NCBI GenBank assembly: GCA_050084985.1
Contig: JBITNC010000001.1
Coordinates: 145,762,001 to 145,826,000 of the forward strand
Direction of reading: 5' to 3'
DNA length: 64,000 nt
Source of the DNA: Nageia nagi
Lineage: Eukaryota; Plantae; Pinophyta
The position numbers and the translations under genes are program-made. The notes beneath the pieces are model-generated. The model was not told the origin of the DNA. It was given only the letters and a program-made list of their open reading frames with translations, and made no database searches. Below are positions 1 through 14,690 of the stretch, one piece after another; position 1 is the stretch's first letter; each line of letters starts with the position of its first letter.

Positions 1-1143
1 GCTATAAATAGTGATAATTACATGAATAAGAGTAGGAATTAATAGTTATTATTTCATGATCAGTAGTGGGTAGTATAAATCGATTTAAGTAGATGATTTT
101 ACCAAGAATTCTAAAGAAATAGATTATTTAGGTTATTAATTCTAACAAAATCCAAAACTATCCCAAACACTTAGAAATAATCCTAAATTTGAACTACTAA
201 GGTTCCAAATTACAATTTGTGATCAGTAGGGAAAGTTTAGGAAACCTTAGGATCAAAATAGGTACAAATGAAACCCAATGGTAATAAATGGAATCCTTTG
301 GGATAAATATGAATTTTTTAGATAAGAATGTCAAAATATTGACAATAAATGTTTAAGGATAAAACCTAATCTAACTTAGAATTAGAATCTACTTGGTTAG
401 TGAATGAATTGTTAACATTGAGATTTAATGAGTTTATGGTTTACGTAGTAAATTAATGAATGAAATGGGGAACTAAGGTTAGAAAATGTTACCTAAGTAC
501 GTGACCTTACATATGAAACCAAAGTGGGTTATGGCTTTTATTTATTTGCAAGTTATAAAATTCAATTAATTAAATTTACAATGATCAAATGAATATTTCT
601 CAATTGCTTGTACAACAGTCTTAAGGATCGATAATAAATAAGAATCCTAAATAAATTCACTATGATTCCAATGTTTTAGAAAAGGATCCCATATTAGTCT
701 TATGGACCCAAATTTATATCATAAGGGAAATGTTAGGAACCCTTTGAGATTAAATGGGATAATTTGGGAATACTATGGGAAATAATTTGGATTGTTTGAG
801 ATTGTTATAGGATCTAAGTCGTAACATTTTTTGAACATTGATTAACACATAAACTAGAAATATTAAACCTTTACAACATAACAAGTACACCTTCTCAAGA
901 TTAAGGATATGGTAAATAAGTCCAAATAAAACAAGGGTAGAATCATCAGGAGTATCTGCTTGCAAGCAAGGATAAGAATGCCTATGAATGAACCCTTGTA
1001 CTTAGAAAGAAAGGATGAAGACTAAATAAAGTTAATAATGTATCAATATGTAATACATGTGGGATATAAGTCTATTAATAGTAAACCTATTAAACTGAAT
1101 AGATAAGAAAAAAAATTTTAGTCCTAAATTTAGGGGTTTTAGA
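1..1143 (-). mobile_element. Truncated, decayed LTR-like segment (probably Gypsy), same family as 63238-64000 but inverted
   Basis: The reverse complement of 900-1143 (TCTAAAACCCCTAAATTTAGGAC..., CACATGTATTACATATTGATAC, CTTGCTTGCAAGCAGATACTCCTGATGAT) aligns with 63238-63460 (TAGAACTCAAAATTTAGGAAC..., CACATGGATCATATGATGATAC, CTTGCTTACAAGTGGTTCCCCATGATGAT). It ends in GGGGTTTTAGA, resembling GGGGTnTTACA LTR termini. Confidence 0.5.
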
Positions 1144-1168
1144 TAGTGAAAGATGGAGTAGCATTACA

Positions 1169-1412
1169 CCTAATCACTAACCACTAACAACTAATCTTAA
1201 CCAATAACCCTCACCATTAACCCTAACCCTAACAAATAATGAATAATCACTAACCACTAACCACTAAACCTAATGCTAGCTACTAAACCTTAACCATTAC
1301 AAACCCTAACAACTAACTACTAACCCTAACCACTAAACCCTAACTACTAACCCTAATTACTAACCCTAATCACTAACCTTAATCACTAACCCTAACCACC
1401 AACAACTAACCT
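1169..1412. repeat. Degenerate telomere-like tandem array of mixed TAACCC and TAACCAC units
   Basis: About 240 bp of ctaaccactaaccctaac-type units, often alternating 6- and 7-mers. Confidence 0.85.
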
Positions 1413-1919
1413 TAATTTTTTATTTTATTTTTTCAAAATACAATGTAAGTTTAGATGTAGTTTTAGACATAAAAAAGAATGCAAATCTATGTCCACTTTT
1501 GGATCAAATGCAAATAATAACATAAAAATTAAAAAAATTCATTTACTTACCATTTTCATCAGAGACATTTATGTGTCAAAGGGAGTTCAAAACTCATTTT
1601 CTAGTAGGTAAGCACCAAAGAAGTATTTTTATACCTCATTTAACTTCAATCATAGCTAATTTAACTCAATTTTTAGCTGGCGTTTTGAATTTTTAGCATG
1701 TTTTTAATTTTTACTTATAGTGTTTTCCATTTTCTTATAGGAAAGAGGGTTTCTACCTCATTTCATCTTTATTATTCTTCATTTACATAGAGGTTAGTAC
1801 ACTGTAACTTATTTTTTTATTTCCTCATGAATTTGCACTTAATTTGATAGGATTTTCCAATTTTATAGGGGTTTCAAATGTTTATAATAAAAAATCTTTA
1901 AAGGTTTTAAAAGTAAAGA

Positions 1920-2030
1920 CATCCCTATGAAATTCTCAACCATGCACCCATGAAATTATAGTAGGCCATCCATATGAAATTTCTAAAAATCCTGAAATAA
2001 ATTTTCATCCATGCACCTATGAAATAGGTG
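1920..2030. repeat. Short cluster of CC(T/C)ATGAAAT-like motifs, possible DNA-transposon subterminal repeats
   Basis: ccctatgaaatt, cccatgaaatt, ccatatgaaatt and cctatgaaatag occur within about 110 bp. Confidence 0.45.
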
Positions 2031-5000
2031 CAACATAAAAATAAGAAAATAATAAAATGTATCATGGTTTTTTTTTTGCCATAACTCTAAAAATACAGTT
2101 GGTTCTTTGGTTTCTTCTTTTTCTCATAATTTTATTTTTAACTATACAAGTATTGCAATAAAAATAGATTGGAATATTTAGTATGGTAAATTACAAATAT
2201 ATTTATGTAATTATATGGCTCTAAATTGGAGTATTATAATAATTGGTGTGTTTAGCATGGTTATGAAGTTGGGATTACATGGTTTAGTACTCACTAGATT
2301 AATACATAATTTTAATAAATTAATTAAATTCATCAAAATAAAAGAATATTCATGTTAATAGAGTTTTAAAAAATTTATTATTTTTTATTTTACATAAGTG
2401 AATATCCATTTAATTGTAACTTATTTTCCATTTAAAATTTGATATAAGAATTAAATACAAACATATAGCGAGTGAATTGAAATAAATTAAAATAATTAAT
2501 ATTTAAATAATTCCTTCTTATACCTACTGTACATGCAATCTACATGATCCTTAAGGCTCAAAGTGAATAGAACCTACTCTAAGACTAGAAGTTTACCCTC
2601 GAGCTTCCAAAGTATACATGACCCCAAAAGATAATCCCTTCCTTATGTATATAGGCATGTCGAAGATGCACTATTAAACACAAGTAAACCATGCAACTAT
2701 ATGAGAACAATAACCCTTAACTCATTCAAGGTGTTATGTTATAGGTTATTTTCTTTGATAGAACCAAAAAAAAATTAAATCATATGAAAGATAATACTTA
2801 ATCATCCTTCTATAGGATTAAGGAAGGATCTAGCCTCATTTATCCTATGCAATGATATAATGAAGGGTGTAAATAATTTTTAATGCAATTCAATAATAAA
2901 AAAATTTAATGTTAGAAGAAAACTAATAAAAAAATGAATTATTCATCAATTATTAAATAATATCACATCTTAAAATCATAAAGTATATAATTGTACTTCT
3001 ATTTCCATTTCATACTAAAATTAAAATCAAATAATATTTACTTAGAATAAATTGTAATGCAATTAATTGATATAAATATCATATGAACTTTATAAGGATT
3101 CATATTATACTAGAAATACACCAATATATATAGGCTATAATTCAAATGCATCAAAAATTATAACAAACATGATATAGAGAAAATCACCTAACATTTTTTC
3201 AAATACGTCCTACCCCAATATGGTGTAATGAATTTATAACCACCTACAACAACCTCTACCAATTAAATACAAACAAAATTTTTATTAATAATAATTTTAA
3301 TTTTTATTAATGATATAATTAATAGACTTAGAAACCTATATCAAAATTGACATTACTAGCTCTCCTTAAAACCTTATGACTGAGTTCAAATTTCAACAAA
3401 TAAATTACAAGAAACCTATGAATTACCAATTACTAATATAACAACTAATACCCATATAAGAGAACACACATACTAGTAATCTTATATTTTTTAAATAATG
3501 AATTATGATCATAACCCTCCACATTCATACATAGAGGATTTGATGACTTATATAGTTAGTATTCAACATTCTATTCTCAAGAGACCCATTTTAGATAAGC
3601 TATACAAAAGGCATAAAAGATAATATTACAAAAAACAAAACCTCATTCAAATTTATCAAGAAGATATAATATTCTAGGGCACATGGTTTTCATATAATCA
3701 TGTCTCTATCTATAATAAAATAATAGATTAAACTCAAAATAAATGGAAAAGATAACTAAGGTTTATAATCCCTACAATACCCATTATGGTGGAACCCATT
3801 ATGCTCCACCTTCATAAAATTGACTTAAATTAAATATGTTTTATAGAAATCTAAACATAACATGTGTTCCTATAAACCTTAATTATTTTTTGTAATTGAT
3901 TTCATATATTAGTGGGGTTATGAGGATCACTAGTTTAAATTCAAACCTAAATGCAAAACTCTAATTCTATATGTAGTTATTGATGTCATTTCCTTACCTT
4001 AATATTCAACCCCTTCAATTTCCCATGTATAACCTTTATCTTTCAAATCTTCCTTGCAAAGTTATGAAAATACATAGTCTCTAACATTGAAAATACACTT
4101 TCTTATTGGGACATGAAGAAAATACCCTTATACAAAAGCTTTTAAATATGCTCTATAGTCCTAATTTTGATTTATGAATACTAATATTTTTAGTTGTTAT
4201 CATCTTAGGCTTTCTGCCAACAATTAAAAAAATTCTTATGAGATTTAATGTGGTTGAACTTTTTCACCTTTTATTTCCACATAGTAGGTTGGAAGTTTTG
4301 TTGTATTCCTAAATATTTATGAGTACTTATCCAACTTATTAATTATCATTGGTAAGGGATTCTACTTTATGTCAAATGGATCAAGTGAGTGATGAACCTG
4401 TCCATCCTCTTAGTGGCCCTTATCCCTACTAAAATTATTGGTACCTTTGTTATACAAAGCATAAACAAATCCTAAGATACTATCAAGATATGTAAAATAC
4501 AATGAGTTTTTAAATTGATTCATATCACACTAGTGATCCTTATTCATCACTATTAAGATATCCCTATTAGTGAAGAATTCATAATTGTATACCTTTTTTT
4601 TTTCAAATGATGCATATATATAACTTTCTATTTCTATGCCTATATTTTTTTCAGAGTTGTGCAATGGACAATATGTATGGTATTTTTGTATGCATATTAA
4701 GTAGGTCATACATTGTTGTGGATATATTTTAGTGAACTAGAGTAAAATGCAAATCAGATAGTATTTTTTTATTCTATAATATTAACATCAAAAAACTTTT
4801 GTGTGATTTCTTTTAGTGATCACCATTGAGAATATATGGGATGCCAAAAGAAGCATCATAAATATCAAGATAAGAGAAAGAAATAAAAAATAAAGAGTGG
4901 AGATAAAGATGAAAATGACATTATAGAAAATAAAGCTTGTAAACTTATCCATATGTATTATGTAATCTCAACATAGGATCTAATAATACTATATATATTT

Positions 5001-5828
5001 CATTAAGATATGCAATCACTTATTTATTTAATTATGATAATAGTAAAAAATGTTAAAGGGCATTTTATAAATGTTAGACATTTTTTCACCCCTAACAAAT
5101 TTATGAGAATGTTTTTTTGGTAGCGAGACTAAAGGACTTGATGGTGTTAGCACACTACATAGATAAGGCACTACTTCTAGTAATTATTTATAATTAATTA
5201 ACTTATTAAAAAGTGATGAATTTTTTTTTTGAATTTTTATTTTAAAGCATATTATGATGTGATCCATGCATATGTGTAGATTCAATAAATCAATAGTCTA
5301 GGTTAATGATGACTGAAGCATTAAAAAATCTTTAAATTTTTATGATGCTGGATGTAGAAGTCCTAAAAGATGAAACTAGTAATAGTTTATATATGAAAAA
5401 TATAAATTTGCATATTGATTATAAACATATTAATTTTATAAGATAATTGTAATTATTTTTCAAATTCACATTTTTACAAAGCACTCAAGAATGTTGTAGT
5501 ACTAGAATTTATATAAACACTTGATAAGACATATAAAAAGCAAGATGATTTTGGTATGTATATTTTTTTATTACTTGCATCATTTTTTGGTATGTATGTT
5601 TGGATATTTTTTATTAAATATTTCAATACACTAAAACTATTTTTTGTATTTTGCAGAAAAAAATAATAACAAATTTGAAACATGAATTTGGTGAAGGATG
5701 GATTGAGAAGAAAGCACTCCAATAGGTAGGTTTGAATCTTAAAAGGGTTAGAGATCATGTGAGATAAAAAATGATGATGATGAATGATAATTTGGCATCA
5801 TATTTGGTTACCAAGTCCTAAAGGAAAG

Positions 5829-6314
5829 TGATGTGAAGTCAACTATAAAAGGAAAATAGAAATTGAAATCCAATCACAAAATATACAGAAGAAATCCGGA
5901 CCAAATACTCTTCTTATTCCTGAATCCACCACCTTCTCCAAGAGAATACAATCCTTTTTAAATAGCAACAAAAAAGCTAAAAAACCAAAATGAGTTAGAT
6001 TGTGCCCAAAATTTGCATGCGCATCCCTCTTACACTAATTAAGTATTATCTAAAATACCAACACTTAACTAAAAGAAAAATAAGAGTTATTAAAGCCGCA
6101 ACATGCAAAAAAGCCTAAAAAATCGGAAGTGCTCTTAAAAAAGCCTATTTTTAGGACCTTAGATGGATGAATCAGGTCTTAAAAATATAATTTCTTGGGT
6201 ATGGCAATTCTAATGAACTTCCATATTTAGAAAATCTTCATGAGGCCATAGTCCAAAATTTGGAGCAAAACGACATCCGGATCAAAAGTTACAGCCCCGG
6301 TAATGCATGCATCA
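5829..6314. mobile_element. Solo LTR, 486 bp, relatively young
   Basis: Inverted termini TGATG...CATCA. Perfect 5-bp TSD GAAAG at 5824-5828 and 6315-6319. Retains several CG/CCG sites, unlike its flanks. Confidence 0.9.
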
Positions 6315-7079
6315 GAAAGGTTGGATGCTAGCGTAAGTAATTATAATCATTTTAATTAATAAAGGAATATGATTTTGTTAAGTGATATATATATTTTGTT
6401 AAGTTTAATTTTTTATTAATATTTATTTTCTTATTATTTGTAGGCATGTGCATTGCAAATGAATCCATCGTAGGGGTGCATCATAGGTTCAAATAGAATA
6501 ATATGACTTATAGGTGATTAAGCATCATAAGCCATAGAAGGAACCCAATAATATGGTTCACTACAAGGATTTATTTCTATCTGATAATGATGATGATGAT
6601 GATAAGTTTGCTAGTGAGTTAGCTAGCAAGTCAGCTAGTGGGTTAGTTAGTGGCTCAGGTTGTGAGTTAGGTAGTGGCTTAAGTAGTGAGGATGCTGATG
6701 TTGAGTCCTGATACTCATGATGTGAACACCATTATATCATTTCATGAGTATGATATGGATTTTATCATATAGGCACATATTTATATCATTTTGATATATA
6801 TGTATATCATTTTAACGTATATATTTTGATGTTGATGTTATTATTTTTTTGATGTATATGTTATCATTTTGATGTATATAAAAAATATAATAATTATTAC
6901 TATTAAATATTTATTCAAATATAAGAAATATATATATTAATAACCCAACTAATATCATTAAAATTAGATAAATTTTGATTAATAATTATAAAATATTTTA
7001 ATTATTTAATTATTAAAATTAAATAAAATTATAATAATTATTTATGAATAATATTTTTTTTAAAATTTATTAAGAAACT

Positions 7080-7378
7080 GATGTAATAAAGGAATTTAAA
7101 CTATGCAACTTTAGATGCATTAATATGTAGATTAATAGGGGAAAATGTTGAAAAAGGGACACTAATAGATACAAAAATTGGTGCTTTTAGATGCAAAAAG
7201 AGACTCATAGACATGTAAAATAAGACCCATAAAGGACATAAATAAGATGTAGAAAAGGAAACAAAATTTGTTGGGCCATTTATAATGTAATCTGTGTCAA
7301 TATTTGGTGCTTAAGTAACAATACATGCACTATATTTTGATGTAAAGAAGGTTGCAAATACATTCCTTTCTAGTAGTG
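7080..7378. mobile_element. Right end of a decayed CACTA (En/Spm) transposon
   Basis: Ends ...CATTCCTTTCTAGTAGTG (reverse complement CACTACTAGAAAGGAATG). Preceded by repeated TAGATGC/GACAT-like subterminal motifs. No matching left TIR found. Confidence 0.55.
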
Positions 7379-8629
7379 TGAATACTTTTATTTTTTGATA
7401 ATCCTAGTTTTTTGGGTAGACTAAAAGCTTGTTTTAATTTTAATTATGTAGGTGAATGATATTTTGAAGCTATCAAGGAAAGTATACCTCATGAAATTAT
7501 CTAGAAACTAAGTTATTTTTCTTAACAAGCTTGGTAAAAAGATTAGTGTTGGTATCTTAACAAACTGCTTTTTAATTACAAAGTGATGTTGGGACACTTT
7601 TTACATTCATATTAAGAAAATCAATAAGAAATAGAGAATTTATTCTTCCAAATTAACATGCATTCAACACATTAGATGATATGGGAAACCTATCTAGAGT
7701 CCATTTTTGTTTCCAAAGATCCTTCTCTTTCATGTGTTAACTATATGTAATTACCTTATAAAATGAAGAAGTTTAGATCTGTTAATCATTTTCACCATTA
7801 TTTTAAATATATTATATATATATTCTAGAGTTATGATCAAGATCAAGGTGGCTATGAATCTCACATAATTATAAACACTCATCAAGCACTAGGGTAATTC
7901 CCCATACAAAATGAATAAATTTACTTGAGAAAAATTAAATGATGGGATAGATCTAACTCCTAAGACTATCATCATATAAATCCTTATTGTCACTCAAACT
8001 CTTTAATTTATGAATATTATCTATTAACATGCCTAGTATTATTTTTTAACTTGCCTTGGTTTAGTGTTCATCATCAAAACAACTACAAAATCTATTTTTT
8101 GGAATAAAAACCATTTTCTTAAATGTATTTCAAAACCATCATTGGAAAAGGCTTGATGGGCACATATTGGTCATAATAATGATATTCAACAATCCTCAAA
8201 ACCATATAAATATGATAGTGATATATATTTTACTCCACTTAAAATGATTTAATATTGCATGCTCTTTAATTTTGGACCTTCCAATTTTGATTTTTTTAGC
8301 TAAATATTAACACACTAATTAGGTTAGCTCAAAGCTTTCCTATTCAATTATTATTATATCAAAATATATTATTTTCAAAATATTATAATATATTATATCT
8401 TTTCATACATATAGTCATATACATATGCTTTAATAAAGAAGAGATTCATATATGGATAAAGTTTACTCATGCAATTAGAAAAGTCTATTTTTAAAGGTGC
8501 ATTAAAATGTGCATTAACAAAGAAGAAATTCATATATGAATAAATTCCACCTATGAAATTAATAAACTTTATTTTTAAATAACTTTAATTTTAAATAATT
8601 TTTTTGACCAATGTTTGTAAACACCACCT

Positions 8630-9050
8630 ATCATCTTTGGATTTTGTTATACTATGAGATCTACATTCTTGCAATCTTTTAGCCATTAGTGAGTGAGATT
8701 CCATGCATCAAAGGTAGGATGATAACATCAAGGCAAAGGATGAGGTTTTATAGAATGATAACTAGGAAATATTATTAGATTTTTAGCACTAGTACTAGAT
8801 TGAGGTTATATTCATAGCTTCATATTTCAAAGAAGCCCATCATTCATCCTCTTTTGATTGGATTTTCTCACATTTATCTTCATAGGTAAAGTACAAGTTT
8901 GTGTCTTTCATAAATCCAATTTCAATAGGTCAAGATAAATTTGTTCATTTACACCTTTTATGTCATTCATTTCCTATTATTTCCTATTAATATTATGTAA
9001 ATAGCCCTAATTATCATTATTGTCATTATAACAATTGGTGAACCTAACTT
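8630..9050 (+). repeat. Dispersed repeat, copy 1 (copy 2 at 40345-40760)
   Basis: Shares collinear blocks with 40345-40760, e.g. ATTCCATGCATCAAAGGTAGGATGA, GAAGCYCATCATTCA and TCTTTCATAAATCCA. Confidence 0.8.
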
Positions 9051-12010
9051 CTTTTTGATACATTGCTATATTGTTCTTTAGTTGCACCAAAACCCTGGTC
9101 ACATGACTAAAACTAATCAAGTTATACTAAATTTTTGCAATTCATAATTATACATGTCTAAAAAAATGATTAATTTAGCCATAAGGTAAAATCACAAGGT
9201 TTGTAATTTGAGAAACATGAAAATTTTAAGCATCATTGTATCTTTAAACATATTAGGTCAATAATATCTAGCTTCAACAATTTGGTAAGTTAATAAATCA
9301 CCTTAAGAATGAAATTTCCCTTTTATTTATTATGAAATTAATCCAAAATATTTTTAGTTTCATTTTCTTCAAATGCCTTAAATAAATACTCTCAACATTT
9401 ATTCTATGTAAGTTACCAATTATAAATTTCTAAATTTTATACATCAAGGTTATTCAACATTAATATTTGATAGATAAATATCTATAGAAAAATATCAAAT
9501 AATAACTTTGTTCCAAAGGCTATTAATAATTTATTTCACATAATATTAATAAAATTTTATAAACATTTCTTTATCTTGTGATTGGTAGGAGTTAGTGACA
9601 CATTGACACTAACATGATTGAAAGTTGAAAGGCACAAAACTGAAAATGATTGAAAAAATCCTAAGCTTTAGGATCCAAATTCTAATGTTCTCTATAGGTT
9701 ATTTTTTAAGCTCAATTCCTTGGAAATTCTAACAACTAGTAGAATATTTTGAGCAAGTTATCATGGTAGGATGAGGAAAAAGAAGAAGGTTACATTATTT
9801 TATTGAATAATGGTGAATACTTTCAATGTTGAAGTCATTTCCCTTTACTAGAGTTACCATAAATTATTTATTTATTTTTGTGTTCATGTCTTTGCATATA
9901 TTAAGGAAATTTTCCCTATTAAATTTGCTCTTGCTTTTCTTTTGGTGTCAATTGAGTATGGCATTCAACTCAAATTAGCCCTAAAAAGGAGAATTTTTTG
10001 ATAAAATTATGAAGATTTGAACTCAATTGGAGTAAGATAGTTTTTTTTTTTTGTGATTTTATAAAATATTATGCTTGTAGTTTACGTAGAGGTTTAGGAT
10101 TCATGGCATTGTTTGAGAAAAGTCCATGAGGTAGAGATATGGATAAGTAATGCATTTGTTCTAGAAAACTTTTAGTATTTCTTAAGACTTATGAGAGGGA
10201 TGTAGGGTTTATTCATTAAACCCTATTTATTATGTGTTGTATTTATTGTGAACTCATTATTTCCAACCAAATATTTAAGAGATCTATTAGCAGAGTAGGC
10301 ATTTTTAACTATTTGGAAGTAGTTTGAGATCAAACATGATGGTTATGAAAATTAATGAATGCATAAAAAAATTGAAATCCATTTTTCTAAAGGGACAGGA
10401 AGATCAAGAAGAAGAAAAAAATATAAGAAAAACTAAACTACTTGACACTTATATTTTTTGCATACCAAATTTGAAAGTTTATTCTCTTCTCATGATCCCA
10501 CTTAACTCAAGACAAATGTGCCTTAATATGTCCATTAGAATATTGTACATGTTGTACTTGATTTAAAAAAACTATATTATTTCTCCATGATATATGCAAA
10601 TTTTAAGTTGGTTTAATGTTTTAAAATTAATTATAATATGGATCTACATTAACCACATATTTTCTCAAACTAAGTATCATGTCTTTAAATATTTGACTAA
10701 AATAAGTGATGTCATTATTCTTGTATAATAAAATACCAGTACTATATTATAGTCCATAGGAGAAACTTTTCTTCATAAGATAATCTATTTCAAGTTTTTA
10801 GTTTACCAAGTGGATGCCTTCTCTTCCATGCAAATGCAAATGTACTTAGTTGGGAAAATATAACAAAGAAAAGACTAATAGACTCCCATAAAGAGTTAAC
10901 TGATCCATTGAAGCTTTATACCTCAAGCAGTCCTTTGGGTTGGGTGTTCTACTCTAACCTATATCCTTTTTTATTACAATTTTAGTTATTCCCTATTAAC
11001 AAAATCTAAATAGATCACCCTTATTTGCATAGCCAAGTATGTCAAATTTATTTGCAGTTTCTCTTTCTTGAATCCTTCATTTATTAGAATCAATTATGGA
11101 AAATACTTCATTTTTTTTTAAAAATATTATGCTAAGACATATAATTACAAGTTTTTCTTAGAATGATTCAAGAGTAGTTCAATTATCAACCTCACAAATG
11201 TGTATGGGGCATTTTCTAGTCAAAATCATAAGTATCCATTTGTAAAGTACTTTTTGTTTAGAAGGTTTTCCTTTACTCTTACCTGCTTCTAGTTTTAATG
11301 GTAACTTTACAAACCAATCCATAAAACTAACAAGATCTACTTAAATAATGCATATTTTCTTCCATTTCAAGTTGTGGGAACATGCTAATTTTTTATTTTT
11401 ATTGGCTTAAAATTTCTTTTATGATTCCTCTTACATGCCATTGTTTTATCAAGCCTAAGCATTTTATTAGCATTATTCCATGCAAAGGATGTATCAGTGC
11501 TAAGCATGTTCTATAATTCTTGGCAATATGTAAGAACATTTTATAGAAATAAAAATACCTCAATTTTCCTTATGTTTACTTCTTGTTAATTCATTTGGAG
11601 GAGTTCAATATTTTCCCATCCCTTCAAAATGTGAATTTATTTTTTCTCCAATTATGTGTTTCAATATAATCAAAGCATAATCATGATAGAATTTTATTTG
11701 ATAGATTCCTCTATGTTTTATAGCAAGAATTTTCCAATAACCACTTGGTAGCCATGTACCTTCATGACAAGTATGAAGTTTACACTTATCATCGCATATT
11801 TAAGCACACACCAAATATTTTATATTTTTTCAATCTATAATAAACTTTAAACACTTGAGATTTGAATTTTATTCATTAGATGTTTTGGTCTTCCATTCTC
11901 TTCATATTGTGCTCTACATATATTTAATATCCAATCCCATACCATTTTTTCCCAATCTCAAACTCTACAAGTCTATTCCAACAATGGCACTAGATTCTTT
12001 GTCTTGCATA

Positions 12011-12022
12011 TGGTATCAAAGC
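12011..12022 (+). other. Isolated tRNA-iMet-type primer binding site of a decayed LTR element
   Basis: TGGTATCAAAGC lies 2 nt after a ...TGCA. No LTR pair could be resolved. Confidence 0.35.
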
Positions 12023-14034
12023 TAATTTCCCTTTCACATTCAATAGAGCTTGAAAATTTGGAAATGATCAAATTTAACATTGGGGGATTATGGAGTGACA
12101 TCTTAGCTTGTTTTTTAAAATTCATCATCTTAAGGAAAGAGTGCAAAACACATTGGCAAATGCTAGAGTTATGATCATATGATATCAACAATATGATTGA
12201 AATAAATGTAATATATACAAAATAGAGAAGAATTGATAACTTACACTTAAGGGCTACTTCATGTTATGGCCATTTAACATGATAACTTACTAGAAGAGGA
12301 AAAAAATAATGATATGATTACTAAAGTAATTGCTAATGGCATGATGCAACCTTCTCACATAGTAATTCAAGAAGTAAATATCCAAATTATGATAAAAACC
12401 AAAGTATTCTCTATTTACATTTATATAATTAGGTTTGGGCACACCCCTAAAATCTAATTATGCCAAACATTCAATACAATAAAGCCTTAGAATAATACAA
12501 ATCACTTGATTAGAGTGATTTATTTATTATACATACTAGAATCTCCCAAAATAGGAGAATAACATGTCCTCTTTTACAGTTGATAATGTCCTAAACTAAC
12601 CTAATCGATGTGTTAATTTAATTTGTGAGCCTTGTAGAAATTCAAAGGCAGTCAAAGTGGATTTGATCCTAAAGTAGTTTTGGAATTTTAAGCTATTAGG
12701 CTACCCAAATGAGTATGTAGGCCCCCTTCTTAATTTTCAAGGGTTATCATAGTGGATTTGGTTTTGAAATATTTTCATAAATCAAAGCTATCAGGCTAGC
12801 CAAATAAGCATGTAGGTCAAGTTATGTACTTTTTCATTACTTTTAGATCAATGGATATTAATTTTAATTAATGGTGTGCAATGGTCAAAATGGTTCATAC
12901 CAATGACCTAAGTGGTCTCAACCATTAGTAATTGATGGAAACTAGAAACTAAGCCACCTCATCTACCAGTAATATCTTTTTCATTTAGTTGGATAAAGAT
13001 ATATTACTTAGTTGTTAAAACCAAGTTATGTTGCATTTATGTCCCTTATTACAAAGAAAAAAAGAGAAAAAAATATTAATTTCCTTGGGTTACCTGAGTA
13101 AGGTGATGAGACTACAAAAATTAGTTTGATACTAACCAACTATATGAGTCTAAAACTTTGAAGGGTTGATGATACTATCATTATGGAAATTTTATCAATG
13201 TCTAAACATTATTGGGTTTGATGCCAAACTAAGAAATTTGCTATTTCTTGAAATTGTGTTGAAGGTGGAATTTGGTGCCTAGAAAAGGGAAGGATTCTAA
13301 CCTTGTTCTATGTCTTGAAAAATCAACACTATGCCACTAACAAATGCTATTATTGTTGACAAATAATTTGCAAGATTATTGTTGTTGTAAGTTTATTTAG
13401 GAAAAAGTTGCCATAGCTATTTTATTACTTGATAATTTATAAGAAGCATAAACTACCTAAAATAAATGCCACTATTGGAAAATAATTTTGTCAATTATTT
13501 TTTTCTATGATGATATTGGTTTCCTCTCTGATGATTTTTGACACAATTATCATCACTATTTAACATTATACAATATATAGATGGCCTATTCCATAGTATA
13601 CAAATTATCTAAAAAAATGTATTTGTCATTTATTTACATTTCCCCCCTCTTATTCCTATTTAAATGTTGTATTCCTCTTTAAAAATATTTCTCTTTATGT
13701 TTTTCCCATTTTACCCCTATTTTGTTATTTTCTATTTGTTAGCATTGGTACTTTATTTATGGGCCTATTCATCATAAAATGTTAAGTAGTAGACACTTTT
13801 ATTCTGGGTTATCATTGAATAAACTTTATAGACTCAACTATTTACAAATAGTCACATTAATTTGGATCATTTATTCATCACACAATGCTTAGTAAGGAAA
13901 ATACTATGAATGTTGGATTAATTCCAACATCTAAGTGAAAATCATTTCTTATGATTTTTTGATGTATATGCTCTCTTGCAAAGATGATAAGCTAACACAT
14001 GTAGGAAGAACACTTGCAAAGGTTATATAATTTG

Positions 14035-14690
14035 TTATGAAACTAGTCAATTACATTTTTCAAAAATACTTTAAAGCCTCCAAACAATGCTTACTCTATG
14101 CATGTCTTGTAATCATTACATCCCATGAGATTGTATCTTTGTGCTGCATTTCCATGAAAATAAATTCAGTTTTCTTAATAATGTCAATCTATGCATATCT
14201 TGTGACCATTATAGTCCATGAGATGGTTGTTCTATCCCTCATTATTTTAAATAGTTCATGGGCCATGTGCATGAACCCATACTACACGTACATACATACC
14301 AGAGTACTCAACACAACAACATAAAAATGAAAACCACTTCTAAGTATACTTGAGGTTGGTTCCCAATTACTTCATCAAATTAAAGAGTTTAAGAGCATTT
14401 TTTCTATAGCAATGATTTGTATTTCCTCCAATCATTGCATTCCATGAAACTATGATCAGATCATGCATCTTGTTAAACAATTATCAGGCCTTGTGTATTC
14501 TTGTAAATTTTGTATACATGTCTATTAGGGTACTCACAACCATAACATTAGATGAAGAACCATTTTGAACTACTCTTTGATGGATGTCCAGACCTTATTT
14601 TGGAGCTTTGATGATGGCAAATGCTGGAAGACTATTGGAAAGGTTTGTAAAGTTTTGTTTTACACCTGATAATTGCATCTACATAAAAGT
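14035..14690 (-). pseudogene. PLS-class pentatricopeptide repeat (PPR) gene fragment
   Basis: Minus-strand translation gives MQLSGVKQN..., GLDIHQRVVQNGSSSNVMVVSTLIDMYTK, ELFKIMRDRTTISWTIMV and MQHKDTISWDVMI...EALKYF, with stops and frameshifts. Confidence 0.85.

Noticed and set aside
13327-13345. CACTATGCCA as the left TIR partner of 28061
   Set aside because: The sequence after CACTA does not match the right TIR and the flanking 3-mers differ (CAA vs TGA).
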